A DNA stretch of 64,000 nt from Cyanidioschyzon merolae (taxonomy: Eukaryota). This document shows positions 1 through 11,143 of the stretch, in pieces. The notes beneath the pieces were generated by a model. The model saw only the letters and a list, made by a program, of their open reading frames with translations. It made no database searches and was not told the origin of the DNA. The position numbers and the translations under genes are program-made. Location: the NCBI GenBank assembly GCA_000091205.1, contig AP006489.2; one strand, written 5' to 3'. Position 1 is the stretch's first letter. Each line of letters begins with the position of its first letter.

Positions 1-235
1 CCGACACGAGCGTACATAGCGCACATGCGCGGAAACCATATACGGTCTCTTTCTACCCATTTATTGATATTCCTTCACTGAAGCAATCGTAGAGACAGAG
101 CAAGCGCGCCACGGCATGGTCTACTGCTCCAGTGCGCGCCCTGTAAACGAATACTTTTCTCTAAAGCAGTTTCGCACTGACGAGGCAGGTAGCGTCCATC
201 GAGCGACAGCGCTGTAAACGCCTGCGAACTCGAAC

Positions 236-3200
236 ATGCCGCCACGTAAGCGCAGGACAACTGAGCTTGAACGTTTGGGCGTGCACCTCGAGGAAAGCGT
301 GTCGGACGCTGTACCCGTGCGACGTCAGGTGCGATCACGGACGACGGAACGTGTTCGCGGAGGCCGGCACGATGATGAAACAACGGAGCAGGTGCATTTG
401 ACGGGGTCAGACACATCGGATACACAGAAGCAGCCAAAGCCTATGCCAGTTCAGCAGAAGCAGCCCAGAGCTGCCGTATTGCAGACGCCGAAAGAAACGC
501 TTTCCGAGCAGCTTGATCGTGCGCTATCTCCGTTGCTCCCGTTTCTCTCTTGGCCTCTGCATGATTCGAAAGATTCTGAACTTGAAGATGCGCACTGGCA
601 AGCCCAGCTGGAAGCCGCTGCGACCCAAACTGAGCATTTCGTGGAAGAGCTGGGAAAAGATGCGTCCCATGAATCAGGAATTGACGCAGCACTCGCCCAG
701 GCGCTCTGGTGTCTCTATCTCGCGAGCGCTAGCTCTTTTGAAGCAGAACCCAAGCGCAGCGTCGTGACTTGGCCAGATGTCGCACGAACGCGGTGGACCC
801 AGCTCCTGCGGCGCCTTCTGCATCGGAACTTGCTTAGCAAGGCGGTTCTCGTGCGTTGGCTCCCGCCTGAGAGCTGGCAACAAACCGGTTTGGTGAGCGA
901 GCTCGACGAGCCGGCACAGTGGACGCGGTCAGTGCGGCGACTTCATACCCGAATACATTACACTCAACCAGTGTACCAGGTTTTCCGGGAACAGCCGCTA
1001 GGTTTTGCAAGTCTGCTCAGTGCTTTCACAATCTGGATGGAAAACGCAGATGCCTTTTCTACTGACACCAAACTAGACGCATCGAGCAACATGAAACCCG
1101 ATCACGCCCTAGATGCGATCGTTAACGAGCATCTATCGACTTTTCACATAGAAACAAACCGAGCATACGACTTGGGCATCCAAATGCTGATCGCTATCCA
1201 TGAATGGAAACTGCGGCAGCATCGAAAGGCTGCACTGCTCAACTCGGGGCCTGCGGCTGGCCCTGGAGCTGAACTGCCGCAGCCACGAACGCCAGAGGAG
1301 CAGCAGCAGCAGCAGCAACGGCACTCGCTGCCCGATTCCGGTGTCTGTATCCGTTGCCGGACGCTAGTCGAGATCGAACAGGCCTTGATCAACTGGCTAC
1401 GAGGTGTCCCGTCTCGTAACGCTGCGCAGCTCTTGGGGTTCCGGCTCCAGCAGCTGCAGTCCGCTGCGGCCTGTGTGACGTACCAAAAAGCGGTGCCCGA
1501 AGAGCGCCTACCGGAGGCAGTGTTTCTGGTGGCCGCACGTCTCATTCACGAGAGAATCGTCTCACTGGAACAGCTGTGGCCTCATGTGGTGAACGCGGAT
1601 TATGAGGACGCCGCCACCGTCGGAACTGACGCAACGCTAGCAACGAGTGGGCAGACATCGACAACCGCGTCGCCACCGCCAAAACGAAACACTGCTGCAG
1701 ATGCGCGTTCAGCGAGAGCAGCGCCCATAGACCCAGCGAGCGCTGTCCAAAGCAAGCCCTGGGATGAGCTGGGAGCCTTCATCACTGCCCAAACGAAAGC
1801 ACTTGCGCGCGTGCGCCTGGTTGAACGCGACTGCAGCAGAGAGCAGGCGTCAGCATCGGAGCGGGGTTCGCAGGCATCAGCGGCTACGGCCTCGCGCGAG
1901 ACAGACAACGCTACCAAAGCGGTCGACGCCGTCTACGATGCCCTGAGCATGCGAGGCATTCTTGCACCAATAGCTGGCGAACTTGCTCTCTTGGCTGCAC
2001 TGATCGACTATGATGAGTTGCATCTGGTCGAAACCTGGATCCAGCGTGTGTGGCTGGCAGACCTGACCGAGAACGCTACCCTTTGGCACTGCCGGCGGGA
2101 GCTTGTCTACGCAGCTGCTCCGCTTCGATATGCCCTGTTTGCCTACATCATGCGTCATATTAGTCAAGTTACGGGAAACGGATCCCGCGTCGTGATGGCG
2201 ACCGGCGCTGACGCTGCCGCGGCTGAGCCCAGCGACGAGAACAACCATGCCAACGACACCAGAGCACTGCTTCTTCGTGTTTGGCGCCTGCTCGGTGGTC
2301 ATCTCGTTCAGCGTCCGGAGCTTTTCAAGGCGATGTGGTCTATTGTGAGCAGTACGAGAGCAGTGAAGCGTGCTGATCCTGCTGTTGATGCGCATGAAGC
2401 ACAGGTAGATTCCACAGTATCCGCCTTCTGGGCGGGTGACGGAATTCTTCCTTGCTCGCCTCTACTTGCTGTGCTGTTCTCCCAGGGGAGCGCGGCGGTT
2501 CCAGGTTGGCTCTTCGGAGATGCTAACGCTGCACTTTCCTCGCTGCCCTATGCCTACCGTTATGCTTTGTACCTGAATGCCTGTGCGACCTGCGTGCGTC
2601 TTTCGAGCTCAGCTGAGCCACGTGCTTCCGTACTGATCCCGTTCTGGCATGCCCTGTACCGAAGCATGAGTCGACGTCTGCTACGTCGACTCGCCGGCGA
2701 TACGATTGGTTACATTGCCAAGTCGCTCGAGCCGATGCTCTACAGTGAACCGTGGGCTGTAGCGCGCATCATCCTGGACCAAGTTCAAAGCTACGATAAC
2801 CTCGTGGAGCCTGTTGTGGAGATGCTTATGTGGCTGTTGCGAGCTCGGACGGACCTCAGTTCCGCCTCAGACGGGGAGCGAGTGCATGCGCTCGCTTTCG
2901 CGCTCGATGTCTTCTTCGCGCTGTTCGTCGAGGAATTAGCGGGATCTGCACAGAACGGAACCCAAAGACCTCGCATTCGCTCTCAAGAAAGCGGTGGCAG
3001 TCTGGCGAGCTGGTTCCTCAACACCATTGAACTCGTTGTACAGCTCAGTCGGCGCATGGTAGAGCACCTTGCTGCACTTTTGCCGTCAAATGAGAACGAG
3101 ATCCATGGCTACGAAAGCGTCGATCCGGCGTTCACTCTGCAGCAAGTGCTGCAGGACTGCTGGCGTGCGCTCTTACAGCTGGCTGAAAGGCGCATCATCC

Positions 3201-5254
3201 GGGGTGATTACGCATTCTACGCGCTCATTCAGCGAGCCCTGGAATGCATGGGCGGCATTCAACCATGGGATGATGAGATGCTCAACAACAGTGGTCTAGA
3301 ATCGCTGGCAAGGCCAGCGATTGAGCAGCCAACAAACGCCGAGACATGGCGTTTCCTGCAGACGGTGTTTGAGCCAGAGACGGCAGACGCAAGCTCCCCT
3401 ACGCTTGCGCTGCTCGTGGCACTCGACGCTGCCAAACATGAGTTGCTCCAGGAACTCGCGGCTGGCAAGTGGCCGCTGCGGACGGCTACCGTGCTTCTAG
3501 ATGCCCTGCATGCGACTTTTCTCCAACTGGCCAGTTTCGGAGAGAGGCAGCGCGCGGCCTCGACAACGGTGACACAGTTGTCTAGTACAGAATCTGCATC
3601 GACCTGTTCCGCTGAACGTTCATCATCTGCACCGAGTCTGGGTCTCGAGAAAATCGGCGACTCACTTTGCATGGAAAGTTTCCTGTGCTTGTGTCGCATG
3701 TGGGGATACAGTCGTCCGTCGGCACCACTGGCCGAAACATCTCGAGTCGACGTGCTTGAGCGGCGGCTTGGCGTTATGATAGCTGAAGCCGACACTCACC
3801 ATCAAGATCGCTTGCGCAAAGCCGGGGTCGCGAGCTTTGCCGAGCTCGTCTCGCTTGAATGGCTTCACGCTTTCTGGCGCAATGAACAGCCGCCCGACGG
3901 CCCGAAGTCCTGCGCCTTGGGCACGCGACCGTTTGACGACATCGTCAACGCGGAGAACGACCCCGAGCAGCGGAATATGCGCATACAGATTGTTGCCGAG
4001 TTTCTCCTCGAGCGCTGCTTCCTGCCGTGGGTCCTGATGAAGCCAGCTGCCTACAACAGTGCCATTGCGTGGATAGAGTTGCTTGCGCAGGATCCAAATC
4101 CGACGCCCTTCAATGTGCTGCTCCTGCTTACACTTCTTTTCAAGACAGCTTTTCTGCAGATCGTGGGTATGACCCGCCTAGAGTGCATTCGCCTCGCTCG
4201 CTTCGTGCGTCAGGCGCTGCGTCTCACGGATCGATGGCTTCGATACGGACCCGATGCGTGGCAAAGATATCGCTGTTCCAGGGTGACTTTTCAGGGGCGT
4301 GGCGGTACTCCGTGTCAATGGGCGCAGTACGTCCTCTGGCACGGAATCATGCGCGAAAAGATGCTCAACACAGTCTGTGAAGCGCTGGAGAAGCTGCCCG
4401 AGTCGCTGGTTCACGATCCCTCAATGCAGGACGCTAACGCGGGGTCGCCGCTCCTGTCCACGACGACGGCAAGCGCACCAGGCCCCCAGGATGCGCCATC
4501 CCGAACCGATTCGTTGGAAGAGCACCGCCACATGACGCTGGGCAATATGTTGCGGGCGTTGAACGTTATGGTAGAAGAGTTCCCGTCGCGTAACCAGACT
4601 GCTTCTGAACGTATGGAAAAGGCACTAACCAAACTAATCGAGCACGAGCAGAACGCGACCGAGGATCAACAGCACACCGATATCCTGACGCTCGCAACAA
4701 GCTACCTGGGCCACCTCCGCAGTCGTCAGCGTTGCGCCGCGGCTCGCCAGCGGGCAACAGCGCCACCCGCAGCGAGCAGTGTACCGGCCACGTCCCGTAT
4801 GGGATCCAAGGAGCGCGCCACAAACGGCGCGCTCATCGAGAAAGCGTCGTCCAAGCACCTAGATGTGTCCACAGAGGCTGCGGCCGCTACGCATCAGCCG
4901 GACAGTCGTCACAAGACAGCGCCCGATCACCAAACCGGGGCGGCAGCGCAGCGGCGCTCTGACGAGACGCCCCAGCGCAACCCTGATGGGCGTCGTCCAC
5001 AGCGCGGAGCCCGCACATCGAGGCCTTCGAGGGTGCGGCATTGGCGCGGCAGCGGCGCCCAAGCGCGGAGTCGAGTCACCGCACTAGCGCTCGCGGGAAC
5101 CAGCTGGACCCAAAGGACGTATCACAGGCTCGTGCTGCTGCGTCGACGGCATCACAGCGTCCACACATGCGCCAAGCGCGGTCGCAACCTAGTGGAGCTC
5201 CTTACGACACCGCTGAAGACAGCAGTAGTTGGAAAGGCTCTCGGAGGACCCTAG
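236..5254 (+). CDS. THOC2: THO complex subunit 2-like protein (THOC2/Tho2 family), 1672 aa
   Basis: Uninterrupted ORF from ATG 236. Internal segments 'LPYAYRYALYLN...' and 'DQVQSYDNLVEPVVEMLMWL' resemble the conserved THOC2 core (compare human 'YQHRYRLYGQW' and 'QIQKYDNLITPVVDSLKYL'), and 'QYVLWHGIMREKM' resembles 'HVVHKWHYKLTKA'. The long basic, Ser/Arg/Ala-rich C-terminal tail is typical of Tho2. (CAG)7 at about 1296-1316 encodes a Q-run. Confidence 0.65.
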   Translation: MPPRKRRTTELERLGVHLEESVSDAVPVRRQVRSRTTERVRGGRHDDETTEQVHLTGSDTSDTQKQPKPMPVQQKQPRAAVLQTPKETLSEQLDRALSPLLPFLSWPLHDSKDSELEDAHWQAQLEAAATQTEHFVEELGKDASHESGIDAALAQALWCLYLASASSFEAEPKRSVVTWPDVARTRWTQLLRRLLHRNLLSKAVLVRWLPPESWQQTGLVSELDEPAQWTRSVRRLHTRIHYTQPVYQVFREQPLGFASLLSAFTIWMENADAFSTDTKLDASSNMKPDHALDAIVNEHLSTFHIETNRAYDLGIQMLIAIHEWKLRQHRKAALLNSGPAAGPGAELPQPRTPEEQQQQQQRHSLPDSGVCIRCRTLVEIEQALINWLRGVPSRNAAQLLGFRLQQLQSAAACVTYQKAVPEERLPEAVFLVAARLIHERIVSLEQLWPHVVNADYEDAATVGTDATLATSGQTSTTASPPPKRNTAADARSARAAPIDPASAVQSKPWDELGAFITAQTKALARVRLVERDCSREQASASERGSQASAATASRETDNATKAVDAVYDALSMRGILAPIAGELALLAALIDYDELHLVETWIQRVWLADLTENATLWHCRRELVYAAAPLRYALFAYIMRHISQVTGNGSRVVMATGADAAAAEPSDENNHANDTRALLLRVWRLLGGHLVQRPELFKAMWSIVSSTRAVKRADPAVDAHEAQVDSTVSAFWAGDGILPCSPLLAVLFSQGSAAVPGWLFGDANAALSSLPYAYRYALYLNACATCVRLSSSAEPRASVLIPFWHALYRSMSRRLLRRLAGDTIGYIAKSLEPMLYSEPWAVARIILDQVQSYDNLVEPVVEMLMWLLRARTDLSSASDGERVHALAFALDVFFALFVEELAGSAQNGTQRPRIRSQESGGSLASWFLNTIELVVQLSRRMVEHLAALLPSNENEIHGYESVDPAFTLQQVLQDCWRALLQLAERRIIRGDYAFYALIQRALECMGGIQPWDDEMLNNSGLESLARPAIEQPTNAETWRFLQTVFEPETADASSPTLALLVALDAAKHELLQELAAGKWPLRTATVLLDALHATFLQLASFGERQRAASTTVTQLSSTESASTCSAERSSSAPSLGLEKIGDSLCMESFLCLCRMWGYSRPSAPLAETSRVDVLERRLGVMIAEADTHHQDRLRKAGVASFAELVSLEWLHAFWRNEQPPDGPKSCALGTRPFDDIVNAENDPEQRNMRIQIVAEFLLERCFLPWVLMKPAAYNSAIAWIELLAQDPNPTPFNVLLLLTLLFKTAFLQIVGMTRLECIRLARFVRQALRLTDRWLRYGPDAWQRYRCSRVTFQGRGGTPCQWAQYVLWHGIMREKMLNTVCEALEKLPESLVHDPSMQDANAGSPLLSTTTASAPGPQDAPSRTDSLEEHRHMTLGNMLRALNVMVEEFPSRNQTASERMEKALTKLIEHEQNATEDQQHTDILTLATSYLGHLRSRQRCAAARQRATAPPAASSVPATSRMGSKERATNGALIEKASSKHLDVSTEAAAATHQPDSRHKTAPDHQTGAAAQRRSDETPQRNPDGRRPQRGARTSRPSRVRHWRGSGAQARSRVTALALAGTSWTQRTYHRLVLLRRRHHSVHTCAKRGRNLVELLTTPLKTAVVGKALGGP

Positions 5255-5427
5255 CGACGCAGCACACCGGCAACGAAGCCGAGCGTCACCAGCAAGCTCC
5301 TTCGAGCGAAACCTCAACGAGTCATCGAATGCAGGCATTCTTCCAACGCGCCCAAGCCCGTTAGGCTGCTCGAGACGTGCTGAAACCGAGGATTTATTGC
5401 CGACGTGAGAGAGAAAGTTCACCAGGA

Positions 5428-7345
5428 CACGTGTCGATGCACGCATGCACGCATGCATGCCACCAGGAAGCATCTGGAAGCGCATTGTTCAGCTGCATGT
5501 CAGTGATGCACATGCATAAACGGACGTATGCATACGTACGAACAGGAAGCATCTGGAAGCGCATTGTTCAGCTGCGTGTCAGTGATGCACGTGCATAAAC
5601 GGGCGTATGCATACGTACGAACAGGAAGCATCTGGAAGCGCATTGTTCAGCTGCGTGTCAGTGATGCACGTGCATAAACGGGCGTATGCATACGTACGAA
5701 CAGGAAGCATCTGGAAGCGCATTGTTCAGCTGCATGTCAGTGATGCACATGCATAAACGGACGTATGCATACGTACGAACAGGAAGCATCTGGAAGCGCA
5801 TTGTTCAGCTGCGTGTCAGTGATGCACATGCATAAACGGACGTATGCATACGTACGAACAGGAAGCATCTGGAAGCGCATTGTTCAGCTGCGTGTCAGTG
5901 ATGCACATGCATAAACGGACGTATGCATACGTACGAACAGGAAGCATCTGGAAGCGCATTGTTCAGCTGCGTGTCAGTGATGCACGTGCATAAACGGGCG
6001 TATGCATACGTACGAACAGGAAGCATCTGGAAGCGCATTGTTCAGCTGCGTGTCAGTGATGCACGTGCATAAACGGGCGTATGCATACGTACGAACAGGA
6101 AGCATCTGGAAGCGCATTGTTCAGCTGCGTGTCAGTGATGCACGTGCATAAACGGGCGTATGCATACGTACGAACAGGAAGCATCTGGAAGCGCATTGTT
6201 CAGCTGCGTGTCAGTGATGCACGTGCATAAACGGGCGTATGCATACGTACGAACAGGAAGCATCTGGAAGCGCATTGTTCAGCTGCATGTCAGTGATGCA
6301 CATGCATAAACGGACGTATGCATACGTACGAACAGGAAGCATCTGGAAGCGCATTGTTCAGCTGCGTGTCAGTGATGCACATGCATAAACGGACGTATGC
6401 ATACGTACGAACAGGAAGCATCTGGAAGCGCATTGTTCAGCTGCGTGTCAGTGATGCACATGCATAAACGGACGTATGCATACGTACGAACAGGAAGCAT
6501 CTGGAAGCGCATTGTTCAGCTGCGTGTCAGTGATGCACATGCATAAACGGGCGTATGCATACGTACGAACAGGAAGCATCTGGAAGCGCATTGTTCAGCT
6601 GCGTGTCAGTGATGCACATGCATAAACGGGCGTATGCATACGTACGAACAGGAAGCATCTGGAAGCGCATTGTTCAGCTGCGTGTCAGTGATGCACGTGC
6701 ATAAACGGGCGTATGCATACGTACGAACAGGAAGCATCTGGAAGCGCATTGTTCAGCTGCGTGTCAGTGATGCACGTGCATAAACGGGCGTATGCATACG
6801 TACGAACAGGAAGCATCTGGAAGCGCATTGTTCAGCTGCGTGTCAGTGATGCACGTGCATAAACGGGCGTATGCATACGTACGAACAGGAAGCATCTGGA
6901 AGCGCATTGTTCAGCTGCATGTCAGTGATGCACATGCATAAACGGACGTATGCATACGTACGAACAGGAAGCATCTGGAAGCGCATTGTTCAGCTGCGTG
7001 TCAGTGATGCACATGCATAAACGGACGTATGCATACGTACGAACAGGAAGCATCTGGAAGCGCATTGTTCAGCTGCGTGTCAGTGATGCACATGCATAAA
7101 CGGGCGTATGCATACGTACGAACAGGAAGCATCTGGAAGCGCATTGTTCAGCTGCATGTCAGTGATGCACATGCATAAACGGACGTATGCATACGTACGA
7201 ACAGGAAGCATCTGGAAGCGCATTGTTCAGCTGCGTGTCAGTGATGCACATGCATAAACGGACGTATGCATACGTACGACCAGGAAGCATCTGGAAGCGC
7301 ATTGTTCAGCTGCGTGTCAGTGATGCACATGCATAAACGGACGTC
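5428..7345. repeat. Minisatellite: about 24 tandem copies of a 79-bp unit in 4 variant types
   Basis: The period is 79 bp ('gaacagg' recurs at 5540, 5619 and so on). Unit: GAACAGGAAGCATCTGGAAGCGCATTGTTCAGCTGC[G/A]TGTCAGTGATGCAC[G/A]TGCATAAACGG[G/A]CGTATGCATACGTAC. The variant order is A B B A C C B B B B A C C D D B B B A C D A C C. The array lies between the convergent 3' ends of THOC2 and coatomer beta. Confidence 0.95.
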
Positions 7346-7567
7346 AAGTTCCCAAAGCAAGCTCTCATCAATAAACAGACGCACAAGAGGGCTTGGCGCA
7401 AGTGCCTCAATGTTGCCGATACCAGCGTTGGCAGTTGGGGCAGGTGCCGGCATCCCGCACTTTGGATGCGCCCAGCGTTTCACGTCCAACGCGAGCTGTG
7501 CGATCGCGAGCACGAGAAGGCTTCAAGTGTCCATTACTAGGCGAGATGCCGTATTAAGATGCATACT

Positions 7568-10500
7568 TTAGACCATGGCGTCAACAAGCGACGCGGTTTG
7601 GCCAAGTCGCTCACCAAGCGACAAGGCAAGCCCCTGGGTCTTGCTCCGGATCCGAACCGTGCCCTGGATCGTGCCATCTGCAAGGCGCTCTGCGCTGAGA
7701 TTCGCCAGCACATGCTCGCCAAAGACACTCGTTGCGTACAGGTTTGCGGCCAAAAAACCGCTCTTGTTGTTCGCATGGCGCGGGCTCTGACAACGCATGT
7801 GCAACGTCTCGGAAACGAGCGCAAGTACTGCGTCGAGGCTACCCAGCCGGGAACGGATCGTCACCTTATTCTCCCATTCAAACTCTTCCCACATACTGCA
7901 AAATAGAGCCTCGTTGATTTCGCTTGGTTGCAGGTACTCGATGACATCGAGATGGATTTCGTGCAGCGCTATCACACAACCGGAACCGTCTTCAACGCCG
8001 CTGTTTGCCGCTGAACGTCCATAGTCGAATACGAGATTGCCGAATATCACTCCCGTATCCGTCGACGACACTTTTAGTGCCACACGTATTTGTTTGGACT
8101 CGTGTGGCCCCAGGACCAGCGGACTCGGTCGCTCGCACAGTCGCAAATCGCCCAGCGTAAATAACTCGACGCATACGTTCTGCAACAGGTGCTCCGTTTG
8201 GTTCAGCAACCACAGGTCTAGGAGGATGTCGAACTGGTGCATGGTGATCTGTGCTTCCACGTAGACGGGATCGCTGAGCCCCGACAGCGCATGCAGGTGG
8301 CGCAGATGCAGGTCGCGCAGCGCGGCGCGACGTCTCTGGTCACCGCACGCCGCGAGTTCGATGTCGTCCACGTTCGGGTCTGTAGCGGGAACGACAGCGG
8401 CCGGTGTACCAGAACGGCCAAGCGCACCGATACTCGTAGCAAATTGCGCTCGTTGGCCTCGGTTCATCGCCATACTGCTAGCACGTCGCGCTTGGAGCAG
8501 TCGGAAATCAACGAGCGCCTCCACGGGGAGCTGCTCATCGAGGGCGCGCGCTTTGGCTTTAGCATCCTCGGAGGCGCGGTGGCGTTTCAGCATTTCACAA
8601 AATGCCAGATGAGAGCTCTCCAACCAAACGTGGTACGTGAGTGCATCGAGGCTGCCTTGCATGGCCTGAAGTAGCACCTGGAGGCATGATTGGATCCGCT
8701 GTGCTGTGTCCTCGTCGAGACGGGTGACGGTCTCCGCGTGCAGCCGATCCCGCCCGAGACGCAGCAGCGACGCGCCCAACAACAGCGCATAAGCCATCGC
8801 GCGGCGGCAGACCGCCGGGGTGCAATGCAGATCGGCGGCTTCCGACCTCACCTGACTGAGGCGCAGGGCGAGTTTCGTCAGCGCTGTCATAACAGAAACC
8901 CAAAGGAAGTGATCACCCTGCAACAACATGCGACGTAGTGCAGGCGTCGAGAGCGCATCCGCATCACGGAGCGTTACATAGCTACTGTCGCCGAGACTTA
9001 GCTCGCTGCCTTGAAACGCGTCCGCAGTCTCGGTTGCGTACGTTCCATCGGGGAGCACGCGCGGCCGCGACGACGTATTCGTCACCTTTTTGGAGCTGAT
9101 TGCTGTGCTGCTCATCGACGCCGACGCGCTCGTGGGCGTGGCTGACCATGCCCTATCCGCCAATTCTATGGGAGGCACCGCCATTTGCGAGTCCTCATGC
9201 TCAAGTTCAGTGGGAGCCAGCGCCTTGTCGCTGCCCGAACCTGTCAACGGCAGATGACCGATCTGCTGCGAAATAGCCGCAAACGCCTCCATGGCTTCGC
9301 TCGGCTTCGCACAAAACTCACAAAGTGTCCAAAGTACTCCACGAAAAACGCGGACAGCGCGAATCAGAGGTAGTGCAACCAGCAAATGCCGCAGCACGGG
9401 TTCGCGCATTTCCACATAGCGCTCACCGAGCTCTCGCAGAAACGAGACTACATCGAGTCCAGCGAGGCCAACTGCGTCTCCCATAAAATCCGTAAGTGTG
9501 CCCAGGATCTTCGCGGCAATTTCCGGATAATGAATTACGGACTGATGGATGGCTCGAATGAGCATCCGCCGATAGTTCAGCGCTGCATCGGAGGCAGAAT
9601 CCTCCGCGGAGATATTGTCCGCCAGTCGATGCAGCTCCTTGCGCAAAGCAGAGGCCACTTCCTCTACATTTCGAGGCCCGATCATGTCCATGACAAGATC
9701 AAGCACACGCTGCCGCACATGCAGGTCCGGGGCTGAGAGCGCTCGCAACAGTTCTGTGAGCTGTTCCTGAATGATCGGGGCGAAGTGTTGCCTCAGGTCT
9801 GTTATACGATCAAGCAAGATGAGCTTGACGTTATTGTCGCTCTGCGTCACAAGCAAGTTACAGTACGTCGATACGGCAGCACGAACAGCTGTAGGCGCTG
9901 CACTCAATCGGACCAGCACCTGCGCTGCCTCGAAAGCTACAGATGCATTCGATGACTGTAGCAATGCGAAAATGAGCTTCACGAACGTGCCTCTCTCCGC
10001 CAGTTCATCTGTTCGAAAGCGGCGCACAAGTTCTAGAGCGGCAAGCTGCATAGGTTCACTCCATGAAGGCAGCTGCTCAGCATGCTGGAGAAGGTATTTT
10101 GCAGCCTGACGTTGATCCGCCTGAATCAATACCAGGAACGCGTTCCTTCGGCAATTCTGATCGTTTTCGTTTTCCAGATATTGTACGATGTGCTCAGCTG
10201 CGTCAGGTATGAGCTGCGGGAAACGTCGCTGTATCGCACCGATTGCCAGCAGTGCGTTACGGCGAACGTAAGCGTGACGGTGTTCGAGGTTTTGCCGAAT
10301 AGCCGGCACGAGTGGCTCCAGTAACTCCGCCTCATTCAGCTTACAACAAAGACGTAGCGCGCAACCCCGCGAGTACTCATTCGGATGAATAAGCTCGTTT
10401 CGCAGTAAATTGCAGACCAAGATCATCTCTGGCAGCATCTTGCCGTCACGACCAGTCTTATCAACGATCTCGAGATAAATGAAACACAACTTTCGAAGCT

Positions 10501-11143
10501 GATTATCCTCGTTCGGTAAGACATATCGAATGACCGCCATGAGAAGCGAGCCTTGCTGCGTCGCAGGGATTTCACCGTTCAGCTGCATGAGAATGAGTAC
10601 GCGTAGCGTTATGACCTTATCTGCGACGTCGGTGGACTCCAGCCCCTGACGCAGATCGTTCACCGTCCAAGCGGCACCTTGGGCAGCGAGCTTCCGGATT
10701 CGCGACAGCCCGAGCCCCAATACAGACTCCACCAGACCATCCTCCCCAGTGGCTCCGTCCTCGGAACCGTCACCAGACTCATAGCCGTTGCTTGCTGCAG
10801 CAGTTGCCGCTGCCGCCGCCTCGGCAGCTGCCGAGAGCACGTTTCCGACGAAGCGTTCCACCTTGGCTAACGCGCTGCCTTGGATGCCTCCTATTCTGCT
10901 GAGGGACTCGCGGGATAAGGCAGCAGCTGTGGATCGAGCAGGAAGTTTGGTAAGCGCTACTGGTACCCCAGGCAGGGCACCCGCTTCAGCAACGTTCGCA
11001 TCAGACGCGGTCGGACCTTCCAGCGTGCTCTCCATAGCGCTGCCACCGAGACGCCGCTCGCCCAAGCTTGAGCGCAACAGAATCGGTACACCCTTCTCAT
11101 AACTGATCAAGAGTGTGCATTGCTTCTCCAAAGCGGTCGTCAT
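7568..11143 (-). CDS. COPB1: Coatomer subunit beta (COPI beta, COPB1/Sec26 family)
   Basis: '[84 protein letters not shown]' is a near-colinear match to my recollection of human COPB1 '[84 protein letters not shown]'. Downstream '[53 protein letters not shown]' matches the adaptin-N trunk. The track ORF runs to 11215 with a GTG start. The first in-frame ATGs are at 11143 and 11035, so the true start is uncertain. There is an A/G/S-rich N-terminal extension of about 130 aa relative to animal COPB1. Confidence 0.9.
   Translation of the reverse strand: [1191 protein letters not shown]

Noticed and set aside
3259-3795. Long antisense ORFs inside THOC2, coatomer beta, GH36 and the PIAS-like gene (for example 3259-3795, 8237-8674, 13154-13705, 48543-49223)
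   Set aside because: They lie opposite strongly supported coding sequence in GC-rich DNA. Stop codons are rare in high-GC antisense frames. No domain signatures.
5428-7345. The regular tandem array could superficially be mistaken for a CRISPR array
   Set aside because: The units are contiguous 79-bp repeats with no unique spacers and only 3 polymorphic positions. The genomic context is eukaryotic. It is a minisatellite.
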